NCBI RefSeq assembly: GCF_030684315.1 | Contig: NC_081365.1 | Span: 39,089,830 to 39,153,829, forward strand | Direction: 5' to 3' | DNA: 64,000 bases | Source of the DNA: Stegostoma tigrinum | Taxonomy: Eukaryota | Shown: one piece after another, positions 25,487 to 39,289 of the stretch | Numbering within the stretch: the first letter of the stretch is position 1 | How the letters are laid out: each line of letters starts with the position of its first letter | The notes under the pieces: model-generated | What the model saw: only the letters and a program-made list of their open reading frames with translations | Told to the model about the DNA's origin: nothing | Database searches by the model: none | Translations under genes and position numbers: made by a program

Positions 25487-26669
25487 ACCAAAGGACATGA
25501 TTACAGAATGTCTGAAGGAGACCCTATATTCAACAGATGACCTTTGTTGAATGGTGACTGAGGCCTCATGGAGTCAGTCTAAACAGGGCAGAACCAGAAT
25601 TAAAGTTGTTTTTTTTGACCTATGTTTTCTGAGAGATGGTTCCGGGCTGTTGCTAAGATAGAATGAAGATTTGAAAGTTCCTGTCTAATCTGACACAGCA
25701 GCCTCTGGATGCCTAGAAAAAAAATGAAAGTTACATTATAAGTATTGCTGTCTTTGCTTCAATGAATTGAGGTGACCTTGATCAACATTTTAGGAAAACC
25801 AGCCAACAAGTCCATATTTATGCCTGCAAAACAATGCATTTTGAGAGCCATTTAAATAATCTGGCCACTTTTGTAGTTTTATTTATTCCCTTAAATGTGC
25901 TTGTTTGTCTGTCTGTCTATGTGACAGGGCTGAAAACAAATGTTTCGGGTTTGAAGCACAAATGTTAATCAGCTTACCATGCCACCAAATTTTCTCTCGC
26001 TAATATTAGTTTTTAATTTAATAAATTGTTAAGCCTTTGTTTGAGATACAAAACTGATATCTGGAAGGTAATTATTCTGGGATTCATTATTCATTAGTCT
26101 GGTTATGAATATTGAAGTGACTATTTTGGGTGTTTCAATAGTATAATTTTGCTGTGTTGTGAAATGCAATCTCATTCGAAGAAAAAGTGGCCTAATTCCC
26201 ACAGAAACAAGTATAGAAGAGACAAATCAGGAAGGATGGCATCAAAATAATTGCAAAATTCGATACTGTTGACAGCATTCAGGAAGCCAGCCTTGTCTCA
26301 GATTAAAGCCTTTAATTTTTTTTGTCTTCTTTTGTACTGGTCACAGTTCCCTTTTAACTTTGTAATTATGTGTATGTACTTATGCATGAAGTTTGCATTT
26401 TAATTAGCAATGCTCTACTTTGGTTCACTTGTATGTCAGATGTTATTTTAGCACATATGACTTATAAAATTTCACTCATTAAAACTTTATAAATTTGATT
26501 AAGATGAGGCAACTTTAAAAACTCAAAGCCACTTCAAGGCTAAGGGCAGACTCCTGAAATCCAGATCCATCAAAACCTGTTACTGCTGCTGGAATGCATT
26601 AAGAAATGCTAAGCACTAGACTTTCAACCACAGCCATCATAAAGGCCAACCCACACAAACTATAGGTGG

Positions 26670-26815
26670 ACACACTCCTGGAAATACTCCGGGCCATGTC
26701 TGAGTCGTTGCCCACCCTCGCATTGAAGTTGCCTAGGACGATGAGTTTGTCTTTCGTGCTGACTTTCAGGACGAGAGACTTGAGCTGGTCGGAGAAGGCG
26801 AGTTTCTGCCTGTAC
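26670..26815 (-). mobile_element. RTE-clade LINE AP-endonuclease fragment
   Basis: Translates to KLAFSDQLKSLVLKVSTKDKLIVLGNFNARVGNDSD (GDFNARVG motif). It is GC-richer than its flanks. Confidence 0.7.
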
Positions 26816-28794
26816 TTTAATTTGAAGAAACGTATACAGACTATATGTCCAGCAACTGTACTTCTTCATTGAAGTGTTCCTGTTTATAACTTTAATTTGA
26901 TGTCTTAAACAAATCATAAAAAATAATACAGTCCAGTGACATGGAGCCAAGGCATAAGATATAATTTGCTGAACTTGGAAATACAAACTCCAGGAAACTC
27001 TCTTGTTATAAAGTTTGCAGACTGTATGGTCTGTAAATGCTCTGAACAGCAATCTTACTGCTGAACTTAAGCAACCGCATATCTCCATTCACTATGTGTG
27101 AAATAAAAATCAGCTTACCACAATCCGTTCCATTATCTTGTGTCTTTTATCCTACATGCTTCAGTTGTGCTTATACCCCAAACTTCATATCATATCAAAA
27201 ACCTTCTGGAAGTCTGTATACACAACATCTATTGCAAAGCCCTCATCAATTATTTTCATTCCCCCATTTAAGATAAAGGTAAATGTACACAATGTGTCCT
27301 TATCAAATCCAGACTGGGTCAACTTTACTGGTCCAAGTAACTGTTAATTTTCTTGCAGACTATATTTTCCAAAAGGTTCCCCTCACCTATGCTAAATTGA
27401 TTTGGCCATGATTGTTAAGGTTATTTTTCTCAATTCCTGAACAAGAGTGTAACGTTTCCAACTTTCTAGGCCTCCAGCACCTGTTTTGTAGATGAGTAGG
27501 TTAGAAGACTGTGCCCAAATATTTCATAATTTCTACCCTTCTATCTGCTAGCATTATAAATGGCATCAGATTGAGATTGGATAATTTACCCAGGTTAAGG
27601 ACTACAAAACTTTGTAGTACTTCTGCTTTAACCTAAACATTATCCCAAAACTTCATTCACCTTCATTGGCAAAGTCATCCTTTGTCAATAAGCCTGAACA
27701 GATTTCAAGCATATTTTGGCCTGCACCAACCACTTCCATTTTAGGCATGCAACTTGGACTGTAAAGTCCATACCTTTTTATGTTTCTGTATTTTTGATTT
27801 TGGACTGGAAGGTTCAAAAGCCAAAAGATTTTCAAAGGATTGCCACATATTTTAAAAGCAAGTAATATGACACTTATTGCAAGTACTGGTTAAAGAACAG
27901 TTGGTTCAAATATTGGGGGCGGTGGGGGGTGTCAAATTGGAGGGGGAGGAGGTCAAGCTAGAGACAACAATGTGTGACGAATGGAGATTTGGCCAGAAAC
28001 ATGTAGCAGATTGGTCAGTTACACCTTCTGTTTTTGCCAACACTATGCCATTGGCTCACAGGTACTTGAACAGGTGGGAGGTGTGAATGTTTGGATTAGA
28101 AACCATAAAACATCTGGAAGTGAAGGAGTTGTTTTTGCTGTGCTGCAAGAAGCATCTCAAGCCTGAAAATAAGCAGCTACTTCCTCCCTTATTTGTTGCG
28201 GCAAGCTATGAATCTTAAATAATAAGTCAGAGATTTTTTAATAGCGTCAACCAGTCACCCTGTGCCTCTGCAAACAAGTGAGAGAATTGGGAGAAGGAAG
28301 ATCAAGAAACAGGGCTTCTAGAAAGACCCACTCTTGAAAATATGCACTGAAATTAATATTGCAAGGAAGGTTTTGAGTAATTTTGAAAATTACTCAAAAA
28401 AAGGAAGCTACTGTCTCTACTGCTTACTTAGTCTCTGACAAGAAAGTGGCCTGGTTCCCATAGAAACAGCTATTTAGGGAAGACAAACCAGCAAGGAAAG
28501 ATTTCAAAATAATTGTAAAATCTACTACTGTTGACTAGATTCAGGAACCCAACCTTGTCTCAGATTAAATCCTTGATTATTTTTGTCTTTTATTGCATGG
28601 TCACAAGTCTGTCTCTCCATTTGTCCCCTTCCCTCACTCCCAGTGTCTGTCCCTCCCCTCACCCCACCAAACCCTCCACCACCGCGTCCAGTGTCTATCT
28701 GTCTCGCTTCCCCCCACCCTGTGTCTGTGTGTGCGCGTATGCAAGAAGATTGCTTTTTAATTCACAATGCTGTGACTGAAAACAAAACACGCCT

Positions 28795-29130
28795 CAGAAT
28801 CACAGATTCCCTACAGTGTGGAAGCATGCTGTTCAGCCCATCATCACCACTCCAAACATCATCCCACTCAGACCCACCCCCTACCCTAGTCTATCCCTGT
28901 AACTCGACATTCCCCATGGCTAATCCACCTAGCCTACGCAGCCCTGGACACGATGGGCAATTTAGCATGGCCAATCCACTTTAGCTGCACATCTTTGCAT
29001 TGAGAGGGGAAATTCCTGCAGACACAGGGAGAATATGCAAGATTCACGCAGATAGTTGCCCGAGAGTGGAACTGAACCCAGCTCCCTGGCACTGAGAAGC
29101 AGCATTGCTAACCACTCAGCCACAGTGCTG
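28795..29130 (-). mobile_element. HE1-type V-SINE
   Basis: Reverse complement of the HE1 head, core and tail. Confidence 0.8.
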
Positions 29131-32100
29131 CGTCCATCTCAGCTCAAAATGGTTGATCACGGATTCTGCGAATATGTCTCAATGCTCCAGATGCCCGCAA
29201 TCAGAGAAACATTTTCCCAGTATCTACCCTGTCAATCTGCTCATGATTGTTACATATTTAAATGAGACCATTTCTCATTTTCGCATATGCCCGAGAATAC
29301 AGAGTAGTCTACACCATGTTTTCTAAGAGGAAAATCCACTAAACCCAGGAATCAATCTAGATAATTTATGTTTTGCTCTCAAGGCTGTCCTGAGGTAAGG
29401 AAACTGAAACTATGCACAATACTTCAGGTGTGGTCTCAACAAAGCCCTGCTCTCTATAATTACTATAACATTTATTTACACTTGTAATTGAATGCCTTTG
29501 TAACATGTAAAAGTCTCACATACCATCAGCTTTTCTAAATACTTGCTGAAGCATGTCAACTTGGTGATGCATGAACAAGCTCTCTTTGATTGCAAACATT
29601 TACCAGTCTCTCACCATTAAAACATTTCTACTTTTCCCATCAAAGTGGATAGTTGCACACTTTTTCATTACATATTCTATCTGCCACATTTCCCAATCAG
29701 CGATATTTTCTGAAGCATTTTGCAACATCCTTGTGACCTCCACTCAACTTACTTTCTGTTTTCCTTTGCGTCAACAGTTAACTTGGGTACATTACATATC
29801 CTCCTCATTGAAGTCAATGGACTGTAAAAAGCTGAAGTCCAAGTACTGATCCTTATACCACACTCATTACTGCCTAACCCCAAAGTGATCCACTTATTCT
29901 CACTGTTTCTTGTCGATTTGTCATTTGCCAAGCCCCAATCCATATTACACAAAAAAACCCCCAAAGAACTGCATATGTTGGAAATAGGAAACAGAAATTG
30001 CTGGTGCAGCAGATCTGGCAGCATCTGTGGAGAGAAAGCAGAGTTAATGTTTGGGTCCAGTCACCCTTCTCCAGAACTGATTATACTTGGGGGAAAAAAA
30101 TTGGTATATATGCTGAAGATGGGATGGGGGAGGGGAGGAGTAATCAATGGAGATCAATCCTAGAGAACGAGAACGAGAACGAGAACGCAATAATTGGGCA
30201 GTCGGAGCAGTGAATCAGTCTGGGAGAATCAACAGCTGCTAATGGTCAAATATTGGGTATTTTTGTTTTGTGCAGCACCTTACTGAATGCTTTTTGAAAT
30301 TCCAAACACAGTACATTCACTGGTTTTCTCTCTACAAACTGTTTGTTACAATCTTAAAAAAGATTAAAAATGCCAATGATTTCTTTATTACCTTGGTTAT
30401 ATCTCCCTCTAATTACCTGGCTTACATTTCATTTGACAATTTAACGGAGCCTATAAACTGCTCCCATCAGGGTTATTTGCCCCTTGATGCTTCTATATAC
30501 ATTGTAATCTACTCCTTCACACACTCGGCAGTGTTTCCTTGTCTCTATTTTATATATGCCATAATTTATTGTCTGGTCTACCCACTCCTCCCATTCTACC
30601 CATCACTTCTAAAGCTCAAACATCCTGATTTAATGCTTCCCCCACAAATGGGTTTCAAGTTAGTCAGTCAGAGAGACGTTAAATCCAGCAGGTTCAGATT
30701 ACATTATCCAGATTACATACTGGATATGTAATCCAGTAGTTTCTGGGAGCCCTATACCTTGCACAATTTTATCATTGACAAAAGGGACAACTGTGAATTG
30801 TAGTGACAAAAAGCTGCTTTTAAAACAAAAAAACAAACAGCATTTAACAGGATGGCTGCAGAATTTCACAGCAAGGAATGATACCTGTTGTGAACCCTAT
30901 TTTTGTGGCTTTGGATTCCTGCAATGTCCAGACAAACAGAAGCCTAAGAGTTGTTTACAAGTGAAGCGATTGTGGTTTTCAGCTTAGAAGGTTGGAACTG
31001 GAAATAAGTTACAGTGGCAGAGACAGAGCGGAAAAAGAAGTGTGCAGATCCCTTCCTAGTCAATAAGCTGCTGTTCTCTGCAGTTAAAAAAAACTCTAAC
31101 CTGAAGAAAACCAATTACTTTTTGTACAGCCGTTGCTGCATGCTGTGACTTTTGAATTGATATATCAGAGACATTTTCGAACTGAATCAGTTACTATATT
31201 TCTTATTGACCAGTGGAAACAATCCAGAGAAAGATAACTGAGCAATAAAGTAATCTGGCCAGCCGAAGAAAGGTTACCTAAAAAACAAACAGAAATTGCT
31301 GGATAAGCTCACTAGGTCTGGCAGCAACTATGGGCAGAAATCAGAGGTAGCATTTCAGGTTCAGTGGTCCTTCCTCAGAACTGCTGAGCTTTTCCAGCAG
31401 TTTACGTTTCTGACTTCCAGCATCCAAGTTCTTTCCTTTACCTCAACATCGGAGCCAGGAAGCAAAGACCACTAAGCTGACGTTGTCAGTAATAGGAAAA
31501 AATGGCAATCTACTTTCCCTATTTATTTGTAGAGGTATATCTTGGGGGAGTGTGTAAGGGAATTAGAGTTTTGGTTAATAATGTTGTATGTCAATAGCTT
31601 TTATCCATTTATGTGCGGCTAAAGTCTAATTAGTGGGAAGAGATAATTTTTGGTTAGTACAGAAATCTGGTCCGTGCTTTCTATTGACCTTGGTCTGAAA
31701 TTCAGATGAAGGGAGACACTGTGTGTACCTTAAAAAATACTTTCATATTTGGTACACTGCTCAGAATATTAGGGCTTAATGCATAACACACTACCCTAGT
31801 GGGTTGTAACATCTGTTATACACTGCAACTTTGCCTTGTGCTGGTACAAATGCATCAGAAATCATGCTGGCTTTCATTTTGCTTTCTCTCCTTTCAGATG
31901 GGAGTTTCCTATGACTCTGACACTCACACCTCCATGAAACACATTTTTTTTGTTTCTTTACTTGCCATATTATGATCTCCCTTTTGCCTTGCACCATCAA
32001 GGCTTTTGTCATTTAATTTCTCCTGTCTTCTGTGCTATCAATGACCTCTTGTTTATTCTTTTAAAAAAAAAGGCAAACTCAATATCCAATTTTCAATTGC

Positions 32101-33069
32101 TTAAAACATTTATATTTCTCACTTTCGCAGTGACCTGAAATGCTAATCTTAGACTGAATCACAGATAATAGGAACTGCAGATGCTGGAGAATCTGAGATA
32201 ACAAAGTGTGGAGCAGGATGAACACAGCAGATCAAGCAGTGCTCCTAAGATTCTGCTTAGCCTGCAGTGTTCATCCAGCTCTACACTTTGTTATCTTGGA
32301 CCAAATCTTCTGGTTAAAAAAAAAATATGAGATTGTCCCCATATCAACAAGATGAACCAAAAGACCCATTAGATGATGCACCAGTCAGGCTGGGAGAAGC
32401 CAACCAATGGGCTTTCCACTAGAACCACCACCTGGGAAAGTGCTGACCCTCCTGCTTGAAGCTGCCAGACAGAGGCTGAAAGTTACAGAGATGGAAGCAA
32501 AGGCAGGGAGTTGGCTCATCACTCACACACTGGCCACAGGGTTTTTCACCAGTCAAGGAGGCAGCCAGTGTTTTTGCCACCCGAGAGCAGAGTTAATGGT
32601 GGTGGTGTGACGTGACAAAGTCTTCAAGGGTCTCAATTATTGTTGTATTGGGTAGATGGTGAGGACCACGCCCCTCCCCCCTCCCACTCGATGCCAACCT
32701 GCCCAATCACGTCCCCTCCTAAATTTTTTCCTCGCTGCTTTTCAGGAGGCGAAGATTCTACTCGTTGTTTCTCCCTCTACTGAAGCTCCTTAAATACTGA
32801 TTATTTACAGATATTTCTGTTACTATCACTGGCAGCTACTAATGGATCTCATGTTATTCTGCATACAAGGGAATTCTCAAAATTACTGTCAGCTTCTGTA
32901 TAACACTGACAGTCTCACCACTGTTACCAAAGCAAAGACCATGTGAAATAGTTTTAAGTTTCTATAGCTTTAGTTGTAAGCTTTTTGATTAGTTCAACAT
33001 TGACACTAAATATTCTGACTGAATTGAATGATGATTTGTTCTTGCTACAGATAAAAACATGATGCAAGT

Positions 33070-34100
33070 AAGAGCCCAATGGAATCCAGGCAAAGTGATA
33101 CACTGGATCCAAAATTGACTGAGGCTGAAGAGGTAGAGGAATAATTTTGTGACTAGAAGTCTATTTCCAGTCAGTGTTGGGGCCCTTGCTGTTTGTGATG
33201 CACAGTAATGATTTGGACTTAAAATATAAAAAGGGGAATGATCAGTAGTTTGTGGATGACAGGGTGGTAAAAATTGAGGAGAACAGCCGTAAACAATAGG
33301 AGAACATCAGTGGACTGGTCAGGTAGTCATCCAGCAGTGGCAAAAAGAATTCAACCTGGAATTGTGCTAGGTAATGCAGTTAGTGAGGCTAACAAGGCAA
33401 AGTGCACATACTGAATGCTGGGACCGGGGCACATACGGAAAATCAGAGGGATTTTATAGTGTGCATGTCACAGATCCCTGAAGGTAGCAAGGCTTGTAAC
33501 AAAGTGGTTAAGAAGGCATATGGGATACATGCTTTTATTAGTAAGGTACAGAATATAAGAGCAGGGGAGGTTATGCTGGAATAACCGCACTGTCCAAAAC
33601 ACTAATTAGGTCATGACTGGAGTACAACAAAAAAGTTCTGGCCATTCAAAAAGGTGCAGAGGACATTACCAGGATGCTAGAAAGCCTAAGCCATGAAGGA
33701 AGATAGGAAAGGTTAGAATTGTTTTTCTTGGCGTAGTAAAGATTGAGAGGGTACTAGATAGAGGTGTATAAGGTTTTGAGGAACATTTATGGGATGGATA
33801 CAAAGGCACTGTTTTCCATTAGAAAATGTGTCAATAACTAGGAGCCAATGATTTAAGAAGAGAGTTAAGGATAATGCTTTTCACCCAAAAGGACGGCAGG
33901 AATCTGGAACTCAGTGCGTGAATGGCTGGTTGAGTCATAAATACTTGTAACATTTCAGTAGCATTTACATATTCACTTGCAGTACCATACCCTCATGGGT
34001 TATGGGCCAAGAGCTGGAACGTGTTATTAGCATAAATCAGACTTTTGTTAGTGGGGAAAGATTTGATGGACAAAATGGCCTCCTTCTGTGCTGTAAATGT
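33070..34100 (+). mobile_element. Old CR1 LINE fragment
   Basis: KVVKKAYG motif (ORF 33402-33584) and a CR1 3' end. Confidence 0.75.
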
Positions 34101-34453
34101 CTGCATCTATAAGATAATCCTTTTTCTTCCAGTGATTATAGTGCTAAGCAAACATGGAAAACAGAGGTAGTCTTGCTTTACATTCATAACAGCTCCAGCA
34201 CGTTACCACCCTGGGACCACCAGCATTATCCACTTTCTTTATCACAGACATTCTCAATGCTTTATTTGCTAGACATCCTCATTTCATATCTGGCACGTCC
34301 CTTCCACTTGGCCACAATCTCACACTGAAATTTGTACATTGATCTCCAATTCTCGTCCTGCAACCAAATCCATTGAAAGTGGAACAATAATTCAAAAGCT
34401 TTAAAAGAAATTCAGTGCTTGAAAAGTTGTCAGTCTTTCATTCTCCTGCTTAC

Positions 34454-35190
34454 CTTCGCCCTGAAGGAGACACTTGCTGGGATCAAGTGTCTTTGTGACA
34501 ATGATTCCAAATACCTCAAATCCATTGCACTGTCCTGCTCTCTCCTGTTGCTGGAATTGTATTCCATCGTCCTCTCTGGGTTGAGTGCTGTAACTGGTCT
34601 TATTCAACAGTTTCAGCCGGTTGACTACCACACGTTTAGTTAGGAGGATTTCTACAGGAGAACCATTGGTGAGCAAGTGCTCAGTGAAATCCACTCCAGT
34701 CTTCATATCTGCCAGGATCTGTTGCAACTGGATCTGCTGAAGATTCAGGGAGTTTTCCTTCTGGATCCTCAGCTCTTCCAGCTCTTTCAAAAGGCTGCTC
34801 CGATGTTTCTCCAATGCTTTGATGTAATCCTCTGTAAACTTATTAATTTCTCCAGTTAAAGTTCTCAGTCGCTTTTGCACCAGCTGCCTTGTATCTGCAA
34901 TCTTTTGCAAAGTCTCCTGCAATCCAGCAATATGTGGCTGTGTTTGCTTCAGAAGCTGCCTGATGAAGCTGCCATATTTGTTAATGACATTAGCGACAAA
35001 GTCACAGTTATGGTCACGGTGGTCCACCATACAACAATCCCTGCACACCAAACAATCACATGTCTCACAAAACAGCCTCAACTCTTCTGCAGGGTGAACA
35101 AAGCACATGATGGACTTATTGACTCTCTCATTTCTACCTTGTAGGTCTGTAAGGGCCACTGTGTTGTGAGAAGCAGTCATCTTCTGCCTC
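34454..35190 (-). CDS. TRIM45: TRIM45 coding exon 2 (B-box 2 and coiled coil)
   Basis: 737 nt, phase 2-1, tcccctgcAG|G AGG CAG AAG...GAAG|gtaagc. Contains the CFVH...FCETCD...CRDC...H B-box followed by a helical coiled coil. Confidence 0.96.
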
Positions 35191-35389
35191 CTGCAGGGGA
35201 TGGATGGATTTGCCTTACAGTTTAAATAATATGACAACCAAGATTTAAAAATACTTACTTAAATTACATGCATTTTTTAATCTTAAAAAAATCATGACTC
35301 ATCACTGTGTTCAAATAAAGATATATTTTGCTGAGAAACAGACAGATCCAGCCAAAAGAATAAACCATTGCGGCTGACCAAGCAAGTTA

Positions 35390-36310
35390 TAGATTGCATT
35401 AAGTTGAAAACAAAAATGTAAAATGCTGTGGAAGTTAGTGGTTGGCCTGAGGTTAGGGAAGGTTTTCAAACAAAACAAGGGAGATTGTGAAAAATTTCAA
35501 AAATAGATAATGAAACTAAATGCAAAACACGAATTCAAAAAGACAGTAAGAGCTTCCACAAGTGAATAAAACAAAAGTGAATATCTTAAGTAAATACTGG
35601 CATATTACAACATAATCAATGGAAAACTAGTAAATGGATGAGACTTGGAACCAATGTGTTGATTCTATCTTCTTGTGAAAAGACATCTAGAAGAAAATCT
35701 GGAGGCAAAGGGCGGGGGGGGGGGGGGAATTTAAGACAATCACTGGAGCAAAAGTAATAGACAAACTCATGGGATTAACAGCTGACAGTGCCAAATTTCG
35801 TGCAGAGATAACAGATGCACTGATTGTAAACTTCCAAAGTTACCCAAATTATGAAAATCTCCCAGATGATTGGAAAAATATCAAATGCCAAATTCCTAGC
35901 TAAAACAGGAGGGAACAGAAAGCTGGAAAATACAGGCTAGTTAGTTATGTTGGATAAATTTGGCTAAAGTGTAAAATGGGAGAAATCAGAGGTTATCCAC
36001 TCTGGTAGGAAGAATAGCAGAACATTATTTAAAAAAAAGGAAAGATGGCGGAAAGGTTGCAGTACAGAGATCTGAATGTCACCATATGTTAGCATGCAGG
36101 TACAGCAAATAATTAGAATAGGAAATGAAATAATGACTATTATTGCAAAAGGATTGTAGTATATATGTAAGTGGGTATTGCTGCAACATTTCAGGACATT
36201 GATGAGACCACCCTAAGGTGCTGTGGTAGCTTTTTGGACTTCTCATTTAGAGATATAAATTTCATTGGAAGCAGTTCAGAGAAGGCTCACTGGGTTAATT
36301 CTTGGGACAA
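35390..36310 (+). mobile_element. Highly degraded CR1 LINE fragment
   Basis: Residual motifs (aaatacaggctagttag; ttggaagcagttcagagaagg = LEAVQRR). Confidence 0.6.
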
Positions 36311-36399
36311 AGGCCTTTAATGATTCACTCCTAGGACATGGGCATCACTATCCAAATCAATGTCTGAGAATTACTTGCAATGATCTCTCTTCTCGGTCC

Positions 36400-37170
36400 A
36401 TTACTATCACCTCTGGCGCTCCTTGACAATCTAGACCTGGCTCCTTCCTATCCTTTATATCACCCAAACAGTGAGACACAGCTTTACCACACCACCACTT
36501 CTCTTGACCTCTCCATGTTAGACTCTGTTCACAGCCAGTGCTGGTTGTGTGGATATTTTCTCCATCTGAATACTACAGTGTCCAAAACCATTGCATTCAG
36601 TCCCTGAATATAACTATACTCTAGTACCCAATACCATCTGAGAGTGTAATGTTAAACCAGATATACACAACCTCAGCATCACACCTATGCTGAGATCAAC
36701 TCCTATCCATGTACTCACACTATCATTCAGACAGTCCATCTCAACGTCTAGAACATCATCTGACCCCTGCCACTGTTTCAGCTCAAATGATGCAAAGATT
36801 TCATCCGTCTCCTTTGTTACCCTGAGATTTCACTATGTGAAGTCACCTTTAATGAACCTCCCTTGCACATTCACCCCAGTGATTTCTGGCCTGCTTTGGT
36901 TCAGGATTAAGCAACACCTCTATTTCAATTTGGACCTCCTTGCTTTCAAACCACTCCATGGCCTCACCCCTTCTTATCCCTGCAAGCTCTTCTAGTCCTA
37001 CCTTTCTGACCGCCTCTAATTCTAGTCTCATCCCTTCAGCTTCTCCAGTTTTAATTGTTTCACCATGGTGGCTGTGCCTTCAGCTGCCTAGGGCCTTAAG
37101 TTTGGAATTCAATCTCTACCTTGATTTCATCATTTAAAAGGCTCTTCAAAATTACTTTGATTAACCAAAT
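36400..37170 (+). mobile_element. L2-clade LINE 3' fragment
   Basis: ORF 36687-36995 ends TPVISGLLWFRIKQHLYFNLDLLAFKPLHGLTPSY, typical of the L2 ORF2 C-terminus. Confidence 0.65.
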
Positions 37171-37279
37171 AAGCAAATGATGCAAAGTTAAGTATTAAAC
37201 TGGCCCTTTGAGTGTTCTGTTATATTTATAATCAAATAAGACAAAAGAACTTTTGATGCTGGAGATCTGAAATAAGGAC

Positions 37280-37485
37280 AGAAATTGCTGGAGAAACTCA
37301 GCAGGTCTGGCAGCAGCTCCAGGAATAAAGCAAAATTAACATTTTTATTTGCCAGACTTGAAACATTAACTCTGCTTTATTCCCATGGACGGAGTAAATG
37401 TTTCAAGTCTGGCAAATAAAAATGTTAATTTTGCTTTATTCCCGGAGATGCTGCCAGACCTGCTGAGTTTCTCCAGCAATTTCTG
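37280..37485. repeat. Near-perfect palindrome with about 88-bp arms, derived from a family-B element
   Basis: 37280-37367 is the reverse complement of about 37397-37485 with only a few mismatches. Confidence 0.85.
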
Positions 37486-37539
37486 TTTTTGCCAAGTGCA
37501 AGTTTTTCTTATAGTTGAAAAAGATTTTTTCTCCAGTTA

Positions 37540-38230
37540 TAGTATCATACAGCATGGAAACAGACCCCTCAGTCCAACTCATCCATACTAACCAGACATC
37601 CCAATCTGGCCTCGTCCCATTTGCCAGCATTTGGCACATATCTTTCTGAACCCTTCCTATTTTTCGACCCATCCAGATGTCTTTTAAATGTTATAGAATC
37701 ATAGAATTCATACTGTGTGGAATGAGGTCATTTGGCCTATCAAGTCCACACAAAAAGGAGCTTCCCACCGAAATTCATCCCTGTAACCCTGCATTTCCCA
37801 AGGCTAACCCATCTAGCCTGCACATCTTTGGACTGTAGGAGGAAATCTACACAGACACTGGGAGAATGTGCAAAACCCACACAGTCACCCGAGATTAGAA
37901 TCAAACCCAAGTCTCTGGTGCTCTGACGCACCAGTGCTAATCACTGTGGTACCGTAATTGTACAAGCCTCCACCACTTCCTCATTCCACCCACACCCCAC
38001 CCTCTGCCTGTTTAAAAAAAGTTACACCTCAGGTGTTTTTAATTCTTTCCCGTCTCACCTTAAACCTCTGCCCTCTAGTTTTGAACTCCCCCACCTTACG
38101 AAAAAGACCACGGCTATTCACTCTATCCACGCCCCTCATGATTTTATGAAGCTCTGTAAGGTCACCCCTCATCCTCCGACGCTTCCTAGCAGAAAAAAAT
38201 CCCCAGCTATTTAGCCTCTCCCAATAACTT
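37540..38230 (-). mobile_element. CR1 3' end with a nested HE1 SINE (about 37695-37950)
   Basis: The CR1 3' sequence resumes on both sides of an HE1 copy. Confidence 0.75.
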
Positions 38231-38306
38231 AATTGGAATCACTGTCTGACAGACCTGATAAAATTTAAATGAAGACCGATTACAAATCCAATGACCTGGG
38301 CTTTAC

Positions 38307-38746
38307 CTGTGTGCTTCAGAGCAGAAATCGCAGAGATTTGTTGAGCAGACGTGACATCTTCTTTCAGCATTTCCATCGTTGCAAAGATCACAGACTATCC
38401 GGTAGTCAGGTCTCTTCAGACTCTCCAGGAAAACTTCATTCTGAATCAGATGGTTACCGGTCAGTTCTCGCAGGCCAGCAGCGGGTACGTTCACTTCATA
38501 GTCGCAGGCTGGACACAGGATACAGATCCTAGACTCGGTGCAGTCGAGTGACCCAGATTCACCCTCTCGCTGAGTTCTGGGAATTGAGAACTGCTGTAAC
38601 CCTCTCACACAGTCCAGGCAGAATGTATGAAGACAGGGCAAGATCCTTGGATCAGTGTAAGTGTTTTTACAAATCGAACACTTTGTCCTGCAGCTCCTTG
38701 GTGATTCTGAACTGGGTACAAAAGTATTTTCCTGACTCGCCGACAT
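38307..38746 (-). CDS. TRIM45: TRIM45 first coding exon (RING and B-box 1)
   Basis: ATG at 38746, 440 nt to donor CACAG|gtaaag (phase 2). Contains the CSIC...PCLHTFCLDC...CPAC RING and the CDLC...CHVC...LCDFCSEAH B-box. The six exons sum to 1698 nt (565 aa plus stop) with consistent phases. Confidence 0.96.
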
Positions 38747-39289
38747 TTTTTGGATCTTTTACACACAACTAAATCGAATTCAAATTCCTAAGTGCTAATG
38801 AAGTGCTAAGTGCTAAAAATCAAAAACAAAACCTTAAATATTTTAGTTGGCGTATCAACAGTTAAGATCTCGTGTTAATTATTTCTGCTTTTTACTCGCT
38901 CCGAAGCTGCCTATTGATCAATAGGCTCGAAAACATGCATTACTTGTTTTTTATCCCCAAAATCCCAGTCCACTCAAATAAGTAACAAAAAATTAAAGAC
39001 ATGTTGCCAGCCACAGGATTGATTTGTACTTGTAATTTGGGTATAGGATCAGACTTGAACTTCAAGTGATTAAAACTGTTATATTTCCGAAATAACAGTG
39101 TGGAGCTGAATGATATTCCCAAAGACTTTGTTATCAATCATTAAACTATGACAGTGACTGACATTATTGTGCGGATCACCTTATAATATGAAACAGCCGA
39201 TTTCCCGTCAGCTGAACATAAAACAACCTAGTCTCGACTCGTAACACATTCCCTGCTATTCACTCAACCAAAAACACCAACTCCCTCAA

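Noticed and set aside
26660-27088. 142-aa minus-strand ORF as a TRIM45 exon or nested gene
   Set aside because: TRIM45 exon 2 joins 23545 in phase without it. The coding-like part is an RTE endonuclease fragment in another frame.
30270-30731. 153-aa hydrophobic ORF
   Set aside because: Non-ATG start, T-rich low-complexity intronic sequence antisense to TRIM45, and no splice or domain support.
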